64,000 bases of DNA from assembly GCA_026770705.1 (NCBI GenBank), contig JANJGN010000021.1, positions 66,092,001 to 66,156,000 on the forward strand, in the 5' to 3' direction. The notes below the pieces were generated by a model, which worked only from the letters and a program-made list of their open reading frames with translations, ran no database searches and was not told where the DNA came from. Of the stretch, positions 52,001 through 61,159 are shown piece after piece. Source of the stretch: Isurus oxyrinchus (lineage: Eukaryota). The stretch's first letter is position 1. Every line of letters begins with the position of its first letter. A program made the position numbers and the translations under genes.

Positions 52001-55000
52001 GTTGACGTTTCGAGTCCTCATGACCCTTCGACAGAACTTGAGTTCGAGTCCAAGACTTGGACTGGAAAAGTGGTGGTGAAATGGAATTAAGATATAGATC
52101 AGCTGTGATCTAATTGAATGGTGGAACAGACTGAAGGGGCTGAATAGCCTCATTCTCTTCCCATGGTTCACACTTCTCTCTGTTTCATTCCCCTCTTTCA
52201 CACTGTTTCACTCCTCTTTCTCTCACTGTTTCACTCATCTCTTTCTCTTGTTTCGCACCTCTCTCTCTTTTGCTCCTCTCTCTTTCGCTCTTTGTTTTGC
52301 TCCTCTTTCACTCGTTAAACTTCACTTCCCTATCTGGCTGATTCTGTTTCACTCCTCCCTCCCTCTCCCCCGCTTCGCTCCTCTCTCTCCCTCCCTCTCC
52401 CCCGCTTCGCTCCTCTCTCTCCCTCCCTCTCCTCCGCTTCGCTCCTCTCTCTCCCTCCCTCTCCCCCGCTTCGCTCCTCTCTCTCCCTCCCTCTCCCCCG
52501 CTTCGCTCCTCTCTCTCCCTCCCTCTCCTCCGCTTCGCTCCTCTCTCTCCCTCCCTCTCCCCCGCTTCGCTCCTCTCTCTCCCTCCCTCTCCCCCGCTTC
52601 GCTCCTCTCTCTCCCTCCCTCTCCTCCGCTTCGCTCCTCTCTCTCCCTCCCTCTCCTCCGCTTCGCTCCTCTCTCTCCCTCCCTCTCCCCCGCTTCGCTC
52701 CTCTCTCTCCCTCCCTCTCCCCCGCTTCGCTCCTCTCTCTCCCTCCCTCTCCCCCGCTTCGCTCCTCTCTCTCCCTCCCTCTCCCCCGCTTCGCTCCTCT
52801 CTCTCCCTCCCTCTCCCCCGCTTCGCTCCTCTCTCTCCCTCCCTCTCCCCCGCTTCGCTCCTCTCTCTCCCTCCCTCTCCCCCGCTTCGCTCCTCTCTCT
52901 CCCTCCCTCTCCCCCGCTTCGCTCCTCTCTCTCCCTCCCTCTCCTCCGCTTCGCTCCTCTCTCTCCCTCCCTCTCCCCCGCTTCGCTCCTCTCTCTCGCT
53001 CCCTCTCCTCCGCTTCGCTCCTCTCTCTCCCTCCCTCTCCCCCGCTTCGCTCCTCTCTCTCCCTCCCTCTCCTCCGCTTCGCTCCTCTCTCTCCCTCCCT
53101 CTCCCCCGCTTCGCTCCTTTCTCCGTTTCATTCTCCTCTCTCTCTCTCTGTTTCATTCTCCTCTCTCCGTTTCACTCTCCTCTCTCTGTTTCACTCTCCT
53201 CTCTCTCTCTCTCCCTGTTTCACTCTCCTCTCTCTCTCCCTGTTTCACTCTCCTCTCTCTCTCTCCCTGTTTCACTCTCCTCTCTCTCTCTCCCTGTTTC
53301 ACTCTCCTCTCTCTCTCTCCCTGTTTCACTCTCCTCTCTCTCTCTCCCTGTTTCACTCTCCTCTCTCTCTCTCTCCCCCTGTTTCACTCTCCTCTCTCTC
53401 TCTCCCTGTTTCACTCTCCTCTCTCTCCCTGTTTCACTCTCCTCTCTCTCCGTTTCACTCTCCTCTCTCTCCCTGTTTCACTCTCCTCTCTCTCCGTTTC
53501 ACTCTCTTCTCTCTCCCTGTTTCACTCTCCTCTCTCTCCATTTCTCTCCCCTCTCCCTCTCTCCCTGTTTCACTCTCTCTCTCTCCCTGTTTCACTCTCC
53601 TCTCTCTCTCTCTCCCTATTTCACTCTCCTCTCTCTCTCTCCCTGTTTCACTCTCCTCTCTCTCTCCGTTTCACTCTCCTCTCTCCCTGTTTCACTCTCC
53701 TCTCTCTCTCCGTTTCACTTTCCTTTCTAGCTGTTTCACTCTCCTCTCTCTCTCCGTTTCACTCTCCTCTCTCTCTCTCCGTTCCACTCTCCTCTCTCTC
53801 TCTCCCTGTTTCACTCTCCTCTCTCTCTCTCCCTGTTTCACTCTCCTCTCTCTCTCTCTCCGTTTCACTCTCCTCTCTCTCCCTCTGTTTCACTCTCCTC
53901 TCTCTCTCTCCCTCCCTGTTTCACTCTCCTCTCTCTCTCTCTCCCTTCCTGTTTCATTCTCCTCTCTCTCTCCCTCCGTTTCACTCTCCTCTCTCTCCCT
54001 CCCTGTTTCACTCTCCTCTCTCTCTCTCCCTGTTTCACTCTCCTCTCGCTCCGTTTCACTCTCCTCTCTTTCCCTGTTTCACTCTCCTCTCTCTCCCTCC
54101 GTTTCACTCTCCTCTCTCTCCCTCCCTGTTTCACTCTCCTCTCTCTCTCCCTGTTTCACTCTCCTCTCTCTCTCCCTGTTTCACTCTCCTCTCTCTCTCC
54201 CTGTTTCATTCTCCTCTCTCTCTCTCTCCCTGTTTCACTCTCCTCTCTCTCTCTCTCCCTGTTTCACTCTCCTCTCTCTCTCCCTGTTTCACTCTCCTCT
54301 CTCCGTTTCACTCTCCTCTCTCTCTCCGTTTCACTCTTCTCTCTCTCTCCCTGTTTCACTCTCCTCTCTCTCTCCCTCTGTTTCACTCTCCTCTCTCTCT
54401 CCGTGTTTCACTCTCCTCTCTCTCCCTGTTTCACTCTCCTCTCTCTCTAGCTGTTTCACTCTCCTCTCTCTCTCCCTCTGTTTCACTCTCCTCTCTCTCT
54501 CCGTGTTTCACTCTCCTCTCTCTCCCTGTTTCACTCTCCTCTCTCTGTTTTACTCTCCTCTCTCTCTCTCCCTGTTTTACTCTCCTCTCTCTCTCTCCCT
54601 GTTTCACTCTCCTCTCNNNNNNNNNNNNNNNNNNNNNNNNNNNNNNNNNNNNNNNNNNNNNNNNNNNNNNNNNNNNNNNNNNNNNNNNNNNNNNNNNNNN
54701 NNNNNNNNNNNNNNNNNNNNNNNNNNNNNNNNNNNNNNNNNNNNNNNNNNNNNNNNNNNNNTCTCTCTCTCCGTTTCACTCTCCTCTCTCTCTCCCTCTG
54801 TTTCACTCTCCTCTCTCTCTCCCCCTCCCTGTTTCACTCTCCTCTCTCTCTCCCTCCGTTTCACTGTCCACTCTCTCCCTCCCTGTTTCACTCTCTCCTC
54901 TCTCTCTCCCTGTTTCACTCTCCTCTCTCTCTCCCTGTTTCACTCTCCTCTCTCTCTCTCCCTGTTTCACTCTCCTCTCTGTCTCTCTCTCCCTGTTTCA

Positions 55001-58000
55001 CTCTCCTCTCTGTCTCTCTCTCTCTCCCTGTTTCACTCTCCTCTCTCTCTCTCCGTTTCACTCTCCTCTCTCTCTCTCCGTTTCACTCTCCTCTCTCTCT
55101 CCCTCTGTTTCACTCTCCTCTCTCTCTCCCCCTCCCTGTTTCACTCTCCTCTCTCTCTCCCTCCGTTTCACTGTCCACTCTCTCCCTCCCTGTTTCACTC
55201 TCTCCTCTCTCTCTCCCTGTTTCACTCTCCCCTCTCTCTCTCTCCCTGTTTCACTCTCCTCTCTCTCTCCCTGTTTCACTCTCCTCTCTGTCTCTCTCTC
55301 CCTGTTTCACTCTCCTCTCTGTCTCTCTCTCTCTCCCTGTTTCACTCTCCTCTCTCTCTCTCCGTTTCACTGTCCTCTCTCTCTCCCTGTTTCACTCTCC
55401 TCTCTCTCTCCCTGATTCACTCTCCTCTCTCCCTGTTTCACTCTCCTCTCTCTCTCCCTGTTTCACTCTCCTCTCTCTCTCCCTGTTTCACTCTCCTCTC
55501 TCTCTCCCTCCCTGTTTCACTCTCCTCTCTCTCCCTCCCTGTTTCACTCTCCTCTCTCTCTCTCCCTGTTTCACTCTCCTCTCTGTCTCTCTCTCTCCCT
55601 GTTTCACTCTCCTCTCTGTCTCTCTCTCTCCCTGTTTCACTCTCCTCTCTGTCTCTCTCTCCCTGTTTCACTCTCCTCTGTCTCTCTCTCTCCCTGTTTC
55701 ACTCTCCTCTCTCTCTCTCCGTTTCACTCTCCTCTCTCTCTCTCCGTTTCACTCTCCTCTCTCTCCCTGTTTCACTCTCCTCTCTCTCTCCCTGATTCAC
55801 TCTCCTCTCTCCCTGTTTCACTCTCCTCTCTCTCTCCCTGTTTCACTCTCCCTCTCTCCGTTTCACTCTCCTCTCTCTCTCCCTCCCTGTTTCACTCTCC
55901 TCTCTCTCCCTCCCTGTTTCACTCTCCTCTCTCTCTCTCCATTTCACTCTCCTCTCTCTCTCTCCGTTTCACTCTCCTCTCTCTCCCCCTGTTTCACTCT
56001 CCTCTCTCTCTCTCCCTGTTTCACTCTCTTCTCTCTCTCTCCCTGTTTCACTCTCCTCTCTCTCTCTCTCCGTTTCACTCTCCTCTCTCTCTCTCTCTCT
56101 CCGTTTCACTCTCCTCTCTCTCTCTCCGTTTCACTCTCCCCTCTCTCTCTCTCCCCCTATTTCACTCTCCTCTCTCTCTCCGTTTCCCTCTCTTCTCTTT
56201 CCCTCTCTCTGATTCACAGCACTCTTTCTCCCTCAATCTGATTCATTTCTTCTTTCTCTCTCTGATGCACTCCCCTCTGTCTCTCTCTTTCTCTCTGATC
56301 ATTTCCAGGAACTCAGCTGCCTGACAGATTTAAACATTCCCTATATATTCTGCCTGGTAACAGTGACATCAAGCTAACACAAATTCTCATTGGCAAATTC
56401 CACTCAGGTCTCCCAACCCCATTAATCCCCATGGAAACTCCCTGTCACTGACTTGTCAGACTGTCTCTTAGCAACAGGGGAGCAGTGGGGGGACGGGTGG
56501 AGTAGGATCCTGACTGGGAGTGTGGGGAGGGGGGACACGGTAATGGGGTAATGGGAGTGAGGAGAGGGCAAAGGGCGATGGGGTAATGGGAATGAGGGGA
56601 GAGAGGACACAGGGCGATGGGGTAATGGGAGTGTGGGGAGAGGGGACACAGAGTGATGGTGTAATGTATCCCACATTCTACCCTCTGTAAACCTCAGATC
56701 ATCCAAAACCCACAGCCTGTGTCTGAACTCACACGAAGTCCTGTTCGACTATCACCTCTATTCTTGCTCACATACATTGCCTCCTGGTGAAGCAACATCT
56801 CAATTTTAAAATGTTCATCTTTCTCTTCAAATCCCTCTGTGGTCTCACCCCTCCCTATCTCTGTCATTTCCTCCACCCTCACAACCCTCCAAGGTATCCC
56901 CACTCCTCTAACGTTGGTCTCCTGAGTATTTCTGGTTTTAACGCTCTGCCATTGTTAGCCATTTCTTCAGGTGCCTAGGCCCCACCCTCTGGAATTCCTT
57001 CCTACATCCCTCCACCTCACCTTCCTCCTTTAAGACACTCCTTAAAATCTACCTCTTTGATCAAGCATTTGGTCATCTGGCCATAATATCTCCTTATGTA
57101 GCTCCTGTGAATGACATTGGGATGTTTTATTATATTAAAGGTGCTATATCAATCCGAATTGTTGTAATCTTTACACAATTTTTTATTGGCAGAGACAAAC
57201 ACCCACCTCCCACCCCAACAACCACAGTGTAAATTTACCCCTATTCATAGGATCACAAGTAAATCCCCAATTCATGCCCACCGCCTGAACACAACGAAAC
57301 ACTCGATTAACATACACTTAACAGAAAGGGTTTAATCGATTAGATATGGAGAAAACACTCCCTCTGGTGAGAGAGACAAGAACAAGGGACAACATCTTAA
57401 AATTCAACTGGGCCATTCAGGAGGGAGATCAGGAAATGGTTTCTCACATAAAGCATAGTGGGAATCTAGAACGTTCTCTCCATAAAGCTGTGGATATGGG
57501 GTGGTTGAAATTGAAGCTTTCAAAATGGACAGACTTTTACAAAAACAAAATACTGCAGATATTAGAAATGTGAAATAAGAGAAAATGCTGGAAATCCTCA
57601 GCAGGTTTGGCAGCTTCTAAAGAGTGAGAGACAGAGTTACAGTTTCAGCTCGATGATGTTTGATCAGAATGGCACCTCTGTTTCTCTCTGCATAAACAGC
57701 TCCTTGTAGTGTCACAGGCTCACAGCTGGGGAATGAGGTACAGATCGGTCAGGAGCTATTTAGTTGGTGAAAGAAGATCGAGAGTCTCCTCTCACTGTGT
57801 CTCTCTCTCTGATCCCACTCTCCAGTCTCGTCACTTTAAACCCCAGTCCCCAGCACCATTTCTCTATCACTCTCTAGCCCCACAGCTCTAACCCTGAGGC
57901 CCCACATTCTCTCTCCAGCCCCACACCCCTAACCCCCAGGCCCTGCACCCTCTCTCCAGCCCCACATCCCTAAACATCAGGCCCTGCAACCTCTCTCCAG

Positions 58001-59583
58001 CCCCACATCCATAAACATCAGGTCCTGCAACCTCTCTCCAGCCCCACACCCCTAACCCTCAAACCCCGCACTCTCTCTCCAGCTCCACACCCCTAACCCT
58101 CAGGCCCCGCACTCTCTCTCCAGCTCCACACCCCTAACCCTCAGGCCCCGCACTCTCTCTCCAGTCCCATACCCCTAACCCTCAGGCCCCGCACTCTCTC
58201 TGCAGCCTCATACCCCTAACCTTCAGGCCCCGCACTCTCTCTCCAGCCCCACACCCCTAACCCTTAGGCCCCACACTCTCTCTCCAGTCCCATGCCCCTA
58301 ACCCTCAGATCCTGCACTCTCTCTCCAGCCCCATACGCCTAAACCTCAGACCCCACACTCTCTAGCCCCATACCCCTAACCCTCAGACCCCACACTCTCT
58401 CTCTAGCCCCATACCCCTAACCCTCAAGCCCCGCACTCTCTCTCAGCCCCATACGCCTAACCCTCAGGCCCCCAAAATCTCTCTCCACCCCCATGCCCCT
58501 AACCCTCAGGCCCCGCACTCTCTCTCCAGCCCCACACCCCTAACCTTCAGGCCCCGCACTCTCTCTCCAGTCCCATACCCCTAACCCTCAGGACCCACAC
58601 TCTCTCTCCAGCCCCACACCCCTAACCCTCAGACCCCACACTCTCTCCAGCCCCACACCCCTAACCCTCAGACCCCAGACTCTCTCTCCAGCCCTACACC
58701 CCAAATCCATAGCCCTGCACCCTCTCTCCAGCCTCATACCCCTAACCCTCAAGCCCCGCACTCTCTCTCAGCCCCATACGCCTAACCCTCAGGCCCCCAA
58801 AATCTCTCTCCAGCCCCATGCCCCTAACCCTCAGGCCCCGCACTCTCTCTCCAGCCCCACACCCCTAACCCTCAGACCCCACACTCTCTCTCCAGTCCCA
58901 TACCCCTAACCCTCAGGCCCCGCACTCTCTCTATAACCCCACACCCCTAACCCTCAGACCCCACACTCTCTCTCCAGCCTCATACCCCTAACCCTCAGAC
59001 CCCACACTCTCTCTCCAGCCTCAATACCCCTAACCCTCAGACCCCACTCTCTCTCCAGCCCCACACCCCTAACCCTCAGGCCCCACACTCTCTCTCCAGC
59101 CCCACACCCCTAACCCTCAGGACCCACACTCTCTCCCCAGCCCCATGCCCCTAACCCTCAGGCCCCGCACTCTCTCTCCAGCCCCATACGCCTAAACCTC
59201 AGACTCCAAAAGCATTTCTCACGCTTCAGCTCAGGATCCCTGACCCTCAGTCTAATTTCCCCACCACCACCATTCTGCTCGTGATTCTCTCTCTCTCTGC
59301 CCCTCCTCAGGTCCAGTACCCAGCACTGAGACCCTCTCTGACCCCATTACCCACTGACTGAGGGTTAATACCCCAGTACCAGATACTGAGACCCTCTCTG
59401 ACCCCGTTACCCACTGACTGAGGGTTAATACCCCAGTACCAGATACTGAGACCCTCTCTGACACCATTACCCACTGACTGAGGGTTAATACCTCAGTACC
59501 AGACATTGAGACCCTCTCTGACCCCATTACTCACCTGCAGAGACCCCTCCACACAGAAGGGTCAGTAGTATTAACCTCAACAT
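30978..59583 (-). CDS. UAA: MHC class I alpha (heavy) chain, classical-type, 7 coding exons, 344 aa
   Basis: Exons of 49+267+273+264+102+33+47 nt = 1035 nt join in frame via GT-AG phase-1 introns: leader, alpha1, alpha2, alpha3 (Ig-C1), TM, two cytoplasmic exons, TAA. Anchors Y7, Y59, R84, T143, K146, W147, Y159, Y171 present. The symbol follows shark classical class I naming and is an inference. Confidence 0.93.
31308..31340 (-). CDS. MHC class I exon 6, cytoplasmic (AGQKTGYNPAK)
   Basis: Acceptor ttgttttacag|CG, donor A|GTAAGT, 33 nt, with the conserved cytoplasmic YxxA motif. Confidence 0.88.
31480..34060 (-). mobile_element. Old CR1-type LINE remnant filling intron 5
   Basis: ORF2 C-terminus ESRTRGDH...RKHFYIQRVIDIWNLLP (31600-31851), decayed RT, and an endonuclease-like GGVAL segment near 33915. 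Many stops. Confidence 0.75.
34399..34500 (-). CDS. MHC class I exon 5, connecting peptide and transmembrane helix (EPKADSMIPIIVGVVIAVLLIALAIVAFVFYKKK)
   Basis: Acceptor tgtctttcag|AA, donor G|GTAGGA, 102 nt. Hydrophobic stretch followed by a KKK stop-transfer. Confidence 0.94.
34678..36363. repeat. Intron 4 minisatellite, 44-50-bp unit (CACAGCTCAGCACTGACCCTCTCTCCTGTACAGAGAGAGACTGGATCCTCA)
   Basis: About 35 copies, most with GGATCC. Begins about 20 nt from the exon 4 donor. Confidence 0.97.
36383..36646 (-). CDS. MHC class I exon 4, alpha3 Ig-C1 domain
   Basis: Acceptor ctctctcag|TT, donor G|GTAAGA, 264 nt. LSCVATGFYP, RPNHDGTYQ, FSCVV. Confidence 0.96.
36770..40985. repeat. Intron 3 polypyrimidine/polypurine low-complexity tract (CCCCCAT/CTCTCT), about 4.2 kb
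   Basis: Almost only C/T on the + strand, running up to the exon 3 donor. Confidence 0.97.
40987..41259 (-). CDS. MHC class I exon 3, alpha2 domain (GIHTLQVMYGC...TKNKW...YLEQTCIEWLRKYL)
   Basis: Acceptor tttgacag|GG, donor G|GTGAGA, 273 nt. Both disulfide cysteines, DGKD, TKxKW, Y159, W167 and Y171 present. Confidence 0.97.
41290..41865. repeat. Intron 2 GC/CpG-rich repeat (CCCCGA/CCCCGG/CCCGGA)n
   Basis: Fills most of the 657-bp intron between alpha1 and alpha2. Confidence 0.97.
41917..42183 (-). CDS. MHC class I exon 2, alpha1 domain (GSHSLRYHY...EYW...RTNQTENG)
   Basis: Acceptor ctctgttccag|GA, donor G|GTGAGT, 267 nt. Motifs GSHSLRY, PEF..VGYVD, YDS, P..RW, YW and the N86-type glycosylation site NQT. 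Confidence 0.97.
42526..48130. repeat. Intron 1 minisatellite, 32/37/42-bp unit GAGA(CAACA)nCAGAGCCCCTGTAAATAAACCCY
   Basis: About 140 copies with a variable internal pentamer. Gives the spurious Cys/Val/Leu ORFs on the minus strand. Confidence 0.98.
48325..48560. mobile_element. Palindromic Penelope-like element (same family as 27453-27676)
   Basis: ctcagcaggtctggcagcatctgtggagagagaaacagagttaac and its inverted arm. Confidence 0.7.
49080..49200. repeat. ~49-bp tandem duplication (about 2.4 copies)
   Basis: ctatag...ctattcccctctaaccaaccaatgg recurs at 49084 and 49133, with a partial copy at 49181. Confidence 0.8.
50095..50753 (+). mobile_element. L2 LINE 3' fragment
   Basis: LTDLHWLP...FKILIL...LHGL ORF2 C-terminus; tail aaaggtgctacataaatataagttgttgttg. 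Confidence 0.8.
50753..51300 (+). mobile_element. CR1 RT fragment
   Basis: Decayed LTNLIE, FQKAFDKVPHKRLL and GSVL motifs. Confidence 0.75.
51303..51930 (-). mobile_element. CR1 3' fragment with (GAAACATA)n tail
   Basis: ORF 51397-51636 ESRTKGHSL...FFTQRVVSLWNSLP and an octamer tail at about 51302-51320. Confidence 0.85.
51933..52050. mobile_element. Penelope-like terminal-repeat half element
   Basis: ctggaaaaactcagcaggtctggcagcatc...gagttgacgtttcgagtc. Confidence 0.65.
52360..53118. repeat. Homogeneous 32-bp minisatellite (CGCTTCGCTCCTCTCTCTCCCTCCCTCTCCYC)
   Basis: About 23 near-identical copies. Confidence 0.97.
53120..56200. repeat. (GTTTCACTCTCC(TC)n CCT) minisatellite, spanning the assembly gap
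   Basis: About 20-30-bp units with a variable TC run. Confidence 0.97.
54617..54761. other. Assembly gap (145 N)
   Basis: N run inside the repeat, so the true intron 1 length is uncertain. Confidence 1.
56685..57165 (+). mobile_element. L2 LINE 3' fragment
   Basis: KQHLNFKMFIFLFKSLCGLTPPYL; tail aaaggtgctatat...ttgttgt. Confidence 0.75.
57325..57690 (+). mobile_element. CR1 fragment followed by a degenerate Penelope-like arm (about 57543-57690)
   Basis: MEKTLPLVRETRTRDN; aaatgctggaaatcctcagcaggtttggcagc. Confidence 0.6.
57885..59205. repeat. 41-bp minisatellite containing CCCTAACCCTCA
   Basis: Unit CCCCACACCCCTAACCCTCAGGCCCCGCACTCTCTCTCCAG, about 32 copies. Confidence 0.95.
59313..59534. 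repeat. 60-bp tandem repeat (about 3.7 copies) starting at the exon 1 donor
   Basis: Lines 59341, 59401 and 59461 align in exact 60-bp register. Confidence 0.95.
59535..59583 (-). CDS. MHC class I exon 1, signal peptide MLRLILLTLLCGGVSA
   Basis: ATG at 59583, 16 codons with a hydrophobic core plus 1 nt, then donor G|GTGAGT. Phase matches exon 2 (G+GA = Gly1 of GSHSLRY). Lies directly downstream of the SXY promoter. Not in the ORF track. Confidence 0.9.
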
Positions 59584-59704
59584 TTTCCTGAATGAATTAT
59601 TTGAGAGTAATCCTATATCCAGTGATAATCCTGTTCCACCTGCACTCCACCTCTTTGTGTCTCTCTGGATCCTGGTCTCTATGCACTTCACCCAGGGCTG
59701 ACTG

Positions 59705-59818
59705 TATTAAACTTCGGTGCCTCCACGCTGATTGGTTCAATGGGACACTAATGTCCAATTATAATATAAACAGCCTGTGAGCCATCAGTCTCTGGGTAGA
59801 AGGTTCCTGGGTAGGTTG
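59705..59818 (-). promoter_or_regulatory. MHC SXY enhanceosome module plus proximal CCAAT and TATA-like box
   Basis: Sense strand: CAACCT (S, 59818-59813), 16 bp, CCCAGAGACTGATG (X1, 59796-59783) overlapping TGGCTCA (X2-like), 20 bp, ATAATTGG (Y, 59762-59755), 19 bp, CCAATCAGCGT (59735), then TTTAATA (59711-59705). Confidence 0.8.
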
Positions 59819-59935
59819 TGTTCCTTTCAAAATAAACTTTTCCGATATAGTGAACTATCCAATCACAGAAATACTGTGAAGAACATCATCAGTTACCAGG
59901 GAGAATAAACTTTACAAGGTTTGAGAATTAAATTA

Positions 59936-59946
59936 GAAACTGAAAG
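59936..59946. promoter_or_regulatory. ISRE / IRF element
   Basis: GAAACTGAAAG fits GAAANNGAAA, about 120 bp upstream of the S box, on the side expected for a class I promoter. Confidence 0.6.
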
Positions 59947-59959
59947 GAGTTTGATCCAG

Positions 59960-61080
59960 AACATGACAGAATGAAAAACATCACGAACAGAGGGAGGCCA
60001 TTCTGCCCTTTAAGTCTGCTATACCATTCAATAAGATCACCGCTGATCTGGTTGTGGTCTCAACTCCACTTTCCTGTCTGCCCCCATAACCCTTGACTCT
60101 CTTGTCTGTCAAAAATCTAATTCAGCCTTGAATAAATTCAGTGACCCAGCCTCCACTGCTTTCTGGGGAAGAGAATTCCACAGACTAACAACCTTCATAC
60201 AGAAAGAAAATTCTCATCTCCACCTTAAAAGGGAGTCCTCATTCTTAAACTGTACCCCTTAGTTTTAATCAACCCTGTGAGGAAACATCCTCTCAGTATC
60301 TACCCTGTGAAATCCCCCCTGCATCACCTGAGCTAAGATTACCTCTCATTCTTTTAAATTTCAATACACGCAAGCCCAAAATGTTCAACCATTTCTCATA
60401 AGATAACTCACATCCCAGGAATGAATCGAGTGAACCTGCTCTGAGCTGCTTTTCACACAATTGTATCTTTTTTCAAATAAGACACCAAAATTGTACACAG
60501 TACTCCAGATGTGGTCTCACCTAGGCCCTGTGCAGGTGCAGTAAAACTTCCTCACTTTTCTACTGAATTCCTCTTGCAATAAACAACAACATTCCATTTG
60601 CCTTCCTAATCATTTGCTGTTCCTGCACACTAACTTTATCTTGATTCATGCACCAGGACAGCCAGATCCCTCTGTACTACAGAGTTCTGCGGTCTCTCTC
60701 CATTTAAATAATATGCTGCTTTTCTATTCTTCCTATCAAAGTGGACAAGTTCACATTTTACCACATTATCCCCCATCTGCCAAATTTTGCCCATTCGCTT
60801 AGCCTGTCTATATCCCTCTGCAGAGTCTCTACCTCCTCTTGACAACTTACTTTCCTACCTATCTTGGAGCCAAATTTAGCTATGATACATTCAGTCCATT
60901 CACCTAAATCATTGATAAAGATTGTAAGTAGTTGAGGTCCCAGCACTGATGATCCATGTAGCACTCCATGAGTTATATCTTGCCAACCTGAAAAAGAGCC
61001 ATTTATCCTGACTCTCTGCTTCCTGTTAGCTAATCAATCTTTTACCCTTGCTAATAGGTTACCCCCTACACCATGTGCTC
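59960..61080 (-). mobile_element. CR1 3' portion with decayed RT
   Basis: SVLGPQLLTIFINDL, LQRDIDRLSEWA, KCELVHF..KN and QRDL motifs. Confidence 0.85.
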
Positions 61081-61159
61081 TTATCATTCAGCCCCTCAGG
61101 CCCTACTTCACTGCTCAATCAGATCCTGGCAGATATGTTTCTCAACATCATTTAATCGC

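Noticed and set aside
52248-55795. Leu/Ser/Pro ORFs of 1055 and 430 aa
   Set aside because: Repeat translations running through an N gap.
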